Assembly (NCBI GenBank): GCA_029288895.1
Contig: JARIGK010000003.1
Span: 13,868-77,867, forward strand
DNA length: 64,000 nucleotides
Reading direction: 5' to 3'
DNA from: Candidatus Adlerbacteria bacterium
GTDB lineage: Bacteria > Patescibacteriota > Minisyncoccia > Phycocordibacterales > SBAW01
A program made the translations under genes and the position numbers. Under the pieces are notes generated by a model. The model was not told the DNA's origin and did not search any database. It saw only the letters and a program-made list of their open reading frames with translations. The stretch's first letter is position 1. Every line of letters starts with the position of its first letter. This document shows, in pieces, positions 60,652 to 64,000 of the stretch.

Positions 60652-60700
60652 AAGAGATTGGTTCTACGGCGTTGAAGTTTCGTGGCTTTCAGAATATGGC
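60652..60700. repeat. Copy B of the direct repeat of about 48 nt
   Basis: See copy A. Confidence 0.6.
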
Positions 60701-60781
60701 GGAATTTCAACAGAGGCAACTGGGAGACAAAATTTAATAACTCTTGTATAGTCCAGTCGGATTCACAAACAGGAGGTTGCC

Positions 60782-61072
60782 ATGCAAACTGACTTCCCCA
60801 CAGTGGAGATTTACTTCGCTTTCGCGTTCACCTATTGCAAGCTCAGGGTGTACAAACTCCAAGAGTCTTTCATCCGTAAAGTGCTCACTGCACGCAAGGT
60901 CGAGTTCCTTAAAAAGGAGGACTCTCAGGGTTGGCAGGAGGTCGATACACGCCTGTTGCTCGACATGGTCAGTGAGGCCCTTCCTAAACTGCTGGAAGAC
61001 GCCGGGCTGACTGGCTCTCTGCTTGCAGGAATCAAAAAATCTCTTGATATCAAATCGATGGACATGGAGTGA
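60782..61072 (+). CDS. Small hypothetical protein
   Basis: 96-aa ORF with a strong SD (AGGAGGttgccATG). A second overlapping ORF (61023..61274) follows, and a terminator lies at 61275-61306 (AGCTACTCCCATTGAGTAGCT plus T-run). Confidence 0.4.
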   Translation: MQTDFPTVEIYFAFAFTYCKLRVYKLQESFIRKVLTARKVEFLKKEDSQGWQEVDTRLLLDMVSEALPKLLEDAGLTGSLLAGIKKSLDIKSMDME

Positions 61073-61391
61073 GAACGTGAGGTGGAAAGGTAACTACCGA
61101 GTAACGAGCCTTCATCAGCCTCAATACGGTCAGACTGGTGAACACTCAGTCGAAGCTTCGACGGCTGAGAGCGCTAAAAGAGAGTTGGCGTTGGCAATCT
61201 CGCGGAAGATCTGGGGCACGACGATGTTCCACTATATCCTCGATATCACCAACGTACGGCAAGACAAGCCTTAAGCTACTCCCATTGAGTAGCTTTTCTT
61301 TTTTATTTCTTTGTCCCAACACCGGTTCTAAGACTCATTAGGGTAGTCCCAAAATCTGCTCAAAAACTGTTGCAAAATAACAAACTCTAAA

Positions 61392-61467
61392 TGGGGTGGC
61401 TACAGGGAATCGAACCCTGATTGCGAGTTCCACAAACTCGAGTGTTAACCGTTACACCATAGCCACC
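61392..61467 (-). tRNA. tRNA-His (anticodon GUG) with encoded G-1 and encoded CCA
   Basis: The reverse complement is G-GTGGCTA-TG-GTGTAACGGTTAACAC-TCGAG-TTTGTGGAA-CTCGC-AATC-AGGGTTCGATTCCCTG-TAGCCAC-C-CCA. The anticodon loop UU-GUG-GA, the extra 5' G pairing with C73 and the T-arm GGTTCGATTCC fit tRNA-His. Confidence 0.85.
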
Positions 61468-61503
61468 ATATGTAGGAACCGAACAAACCTCGAACGCGGA
61501 CCA

Positions 61504-62514
61504 CTATAGCATTGTACTCGTATTGTTGGAAGAAAGGCGCTTTTGTGCGCGCAAGGACGACAAGTACGCCGCGCCGATAAAGAGGAAGCTCACGGTACCC
61601 GCAACAGCGTCGGGTACTTCCTGGAAGAGCGCTGCAAACATACAGATAGCGAGAGCACCGACGGCCCAGTAGGCGCCGTGCTCCAAGTAGACAAGGGTTG
61701 CGAGTGTTTTTTTCTCGACGAGCAATATCGTAAACGTACGCACGAAGTAGGCACCGAGCCCCAAGCCCACCGTGATGATCAGCAAGTCGGTGGTAAGCGT
61801 AAATGCGCCAACAACGCCGTCGAACGAAAACGCCGCGTCGAGCAAGTTCAAATACAAGAAGAGCGAAAGGCCTTGGCGTGCGATGTTGCCCGCAGTAGCC
61901 GAGCCAAGTACGTCAACGGCACCCTCGACCAAAATAAAGAGGACGATACCGATGGCACCTGCGCCCAAAATTTGGCTGCCATGTTCAGGGATTGCTGCGG
62001 CACATGCAAGCAACGCCACAAGCACGATCGCGACTTCTATTGCCTGCACCCTACCCCAGCTTGAAAGGCGGCGTTCGATAAACCCGAGCCAGTGAACTTT
62101 TTTTGCTTCGTCAAAGAAATATTTAAGCGCCACCATCGCCAAGAATGCACCGCCGAGCGAATGGATAACGGGTGCCGCCCCTTCGACCAAATGTCCGTAT
62201 GCTTCGGGGTTTTCAAATACAAGGAATATAACGGTGAGCGGCGACAATGATGCAGCCAGTGACACGAGTAGCACCGGGAAGATAACACGCGTACCAAACA
62301 CGGCTATAACCATGCCCCACGTCAGAAAGCGGCGGCGCCACACCTCGTCCATCTTCATCAAGATCTTTGCGTTAACAACTGCGTTGTCGAACGAGAGTGA
62401 CACTTCCAAGATCGTCAAAAACGCAACAAGTGTCAGTGCTGCTACCCCGCCCCAGTAATACGTGGCGGCAAATGCAATCGCGGCCAATATAAGCGGGGCA
62501 ATAAAAAGTTTCAT
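61504..62514 (-). CDS. TerC / DUF475 family integral membrane protein
   Basis: 336 aa with the twin motifs LEVSLSFDNAVV and LLDAAFSFDGVVGAF characteristic of the TerC/YkoY/DUF475 superfamily. Confidence 0.72.
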   Translation of the reverse strand: MKLFIAPLILAAIAFAATYYWGGVAALTLVAFLTILEVSLSFDNAVVNAKILMKMDEVWRRRFLTWGMVIAVFGTRVIFPVLLVSLAASLSPLTVIFLVFENPEAYGHLVEGAAPVIHSLGGAFLAMVALKYFFDEAKKVHWLGFIERRLSSWGRVQAIEVAIVLVALLACAAAIPEHGSQILGAGAIGIVLFILVEGAVDVLGSATAGNIARQGLSLFLYLNLLDAAFSFDGVVGAFTLTTDLLIITVGLGLGAYFVRTFTILLVEKKTLATLVYLEHGAYWAVGALAICMFAALFQEVPDAVAGTVSFLFIGAAYLSSLRAQKRLSSNNTSTML

Positions 62515-62560
62515 GCGGTAGAGATATTGTACAGGAAAAAGAAAAAGCGTGGTCTTTCGA

Positions 62561-63682
62561 CTACGCTTTTGGAATTGTACGCACTGTTACGTGGCCCATT
62601 TTGCGCCCTGGCCGAATATCCTTGCCGTACAGATGCACCGAACCTCGGCGGTCCGCGAACTGCAAGGCCCATTGTTTCGCCTCGTCACCGAGGATGTTCT
62701 CCATGAAGCCGCAGCTGTGGAACTGGGGCGATCCAAACGGCAAATTACACGCCGCACGGATGTATTGCTCGAACTGGCTCGTGTCGCACAACTCGATGCT
62801 AAGGTGCCCCGAGTTATGCGGACGCGGTGCCATCTCGTTGAAGAAGACGGTACCGTCTTCCATAACGAAAAATTCCACCGCGAGCAAGCCATGCACATGT
62901 AGACGCTGTGCAAGCACCAAAGCAGCACTTCTCACTCGCTTCTGCACCGCCTTCCTCATCTCAGTCTGGAACACCGGCGCTTGTGGTGGATGTACCGTCC
63001 TGCGAAGAATGCCCTTTTCGTGGGTATTCTCCAGAGGGCCATAGAACATCGTCCCTCTTGGAGAGCGGGCAATGATGACGGACACCTCGCACTGGAAGTT
63101 GATGCGCTCTTCCAGAACACATGGAGCGAAGTCGAGCGATTGCCATGCAGGGTGTATTGCCTCACCTTGTTTGATGGACACTTGGCCTTTGCCATCATAG
63201 CCATCACGACGAGTCTTCAAGATACTGTCGTACTGTGCATGAGCATGAGCGCCCACGCAGTCGTTCGACACCCGAACTTCTCGGTACCGAGGCACCAAGA
63301 TGCCAAGGTCTTCTGCACACCGCTTCTCGAGCAAGCGGTCTTGCGCTACCGCCAACACGCTCGGGCCCGGACGAACCGGAACTCCTCTTTTAACGAGACG
63401 CTCCAGAAGATCAACCGGAACGTTCTCCCACCCAAGCACGGCAACCGACGGCTTGTACTGCTCACAAATCTTATCGAGCAGGTTGTCGCTCGCATTTTTG
63501 CCTCGGTCCAACGATTCAACAAACGGTGTCACCCGCCCCGCAGGCGCAGCCGACGCATGTTCCCCGAGGACAAGAGCCTTGTAGCCCATGGACGTTGCAG
63601 CGCGAGCGGTCATTTCCCCGAGCTGCCCACCATCGATGATAAGAATGGTGGAACCCGGCGCAACAATATCGAGTTGGCTCAT
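62561..63682 (-). CDS. purK: N5-carboxyaminoimidazole ribonucleotide synthase (PurK-like ATP-grasp)
   Basis: 373 aa with an ATP-grasp fold and PurK-type motifs (..LIIDGGQLGEMTA.., ..KTRRDGYDGKGQ.., ..EFFVMEDGTVFFNEMAPRPHNSGH..). Confidence 0.75.
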   Translation of the reverse strand: MSQLDIVAPGSTILIIDGGQLGEMTARAATSMGYKALVLGEHASAAPAGRVTPFVESLDRGKNASDNLLDKICEQYKPSVAVLGWENVPVDLLERLVKRGVPVRPGPSVLAVAQDRLLEKRCAEDLGILVPRYREVRVSNDCVGAHAHAQYDSILKTRRDGYDGKGQVSIKQGEAIHPAWQSLDFAPCVLEERINFQCEVSVIIARSPRGTMFYGPLENTHEKGILRRTVHPPQAPVFQTEMRKAVQKRVRSAALVLAQRLHVHGLLAVEFFVMEDGTVFFNEMAPRPHNSGHLSIELCDTSQFEQYIRAACNLPFGSPQFHSCGFMENILGDEAKQWALQFADRRGSVHLYGKDIRPGRKMGHVTVRTIPKA

Positions 63683-63814
63683 TTTTTATCTCCCCTTTCA
63701 AAGAAGATACGCGTTGAAGATCTAGTACTGCCGTGATTCTACACACATACATACAAAAAGAAAGCGCATTGAAAAAAGCCCTCGTGTCCGATATAGTGCA
63801 CGGGTACACCACAT

Positions 63815-63898
63815 GCCCAGGTGGCGAAATTGGCAGACGCACTACCTTGAGGTGGTAGCTCCCGCAAGGGATTGGAGGTTCAAGTCCTCTCCTGGGCA
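63815..63898 (+). tRNA. tRNA-Leu (anticodon GAG), class II with a long variable arm
   Basis: GCCCAGG-TGGCGAAATTGGCAGACGCA-CTACC-TTGAGGT-GGTAG-CTCCCGCAAGGGAT-TGGAGGTTCAAGTCCTCT-CCTGGGC-A. The acceptor is 7 bp, the anticodon loop is UU-GAG-GU, and a 14-nt variable stem-loop is present. CCA is not encoded. Confidence 0.85.
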
Positions 63899-63904
63899 CA
63901 CTAC

Positions 63905-63937
63905 AGAAAAGACCCCGAATTGCTCGGGGTCTTTTCT
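63905..63937 (+). terminator. Rho-independent terminator after tRNA-Leu
   Basis: AGAAAAGACCCCGAATTGCTCGGGGTCTTTTCT followed by GTTT. Confidence 0.65.
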
Positions 63938-64000
63938 GTTTGGTGTAAAAATTATTCTGCTGCGGTTTCTGCGGCGACTGCTTCTACAGCAGGTTCCTCT

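Noticed and set aside
63516-63899. 127-aa minus-strand ORF
   Set aside because: It overlaps tRNA-Leu(GAG) and the purK upstream region, and there is no supporting signal.

Overview
The window is a 64 kb chromosomal segment from a small-genome bacterium with moderate GC. Almost all of it is housekeeping content on the minus strand. There is a partial secD, folD, an exopolysaccharide/cell-envelope trio (epimerase, polyprenyl-phosphate sugar transferase, GT4 glycosyltransferase), ftsW/rodA, and an unlinked 23S-5S rRNA pair with no 16S. The 23S carries an insertion of about 320 nt in the peptidyl-transferase region. Further along are rplJ-rplL, a 1167-aa cell-surface protein with peptidoglycan-binding domains, ftsK, recA, an ECF sigma/anti-sigma pair, efp, rpsF-ssb-rpsR, an MFS transporter, tatD, a NUDIX hydrolase, metG, glyQS, recO, ileS, argS, glyA, a mazG-like gene, thyA, dcd, a CYTH-domain gene, folA, secE-nusG-rplK, a DsbA-like protein, mscL, yhhQ, a TerC-family protein, purK, tRNA-His(GUG) and tRNA-Leu(GAG). 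Nothing I could read resembles CRISPR, a transposase/integrase, or a known defence system. The observations most worth a second look are listed below. (1) IleS has a degenerate HIGH motif (HSGS) and a complete histidine-phosphatase (PGAM/RHG) domain inserted into its catalytic core. (2) The 23S insertion sits at a site used by group I introns. (3) The conserved secE-nusG-rplK-rplA-rplJ-rplL cluster is split into two loci about 38 kb apart, with rplA absent from both; together with the unlinked rRNA this suggests a CPR/Parcubacteria-like lineage. (4) Several single genes have clearly elevated GC and a different codon bias. (5) A three-gene low-GC island lies next to the giant surface-protein gene. 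(6) An imperfect direct repeat of about 48 nt flanks the gene next to yhhQ. (7) A pseudoknot-like structured element lies upstream of the ECF sigma factor. All functional calls are made by eye from motifs; nothing was searched against a database.
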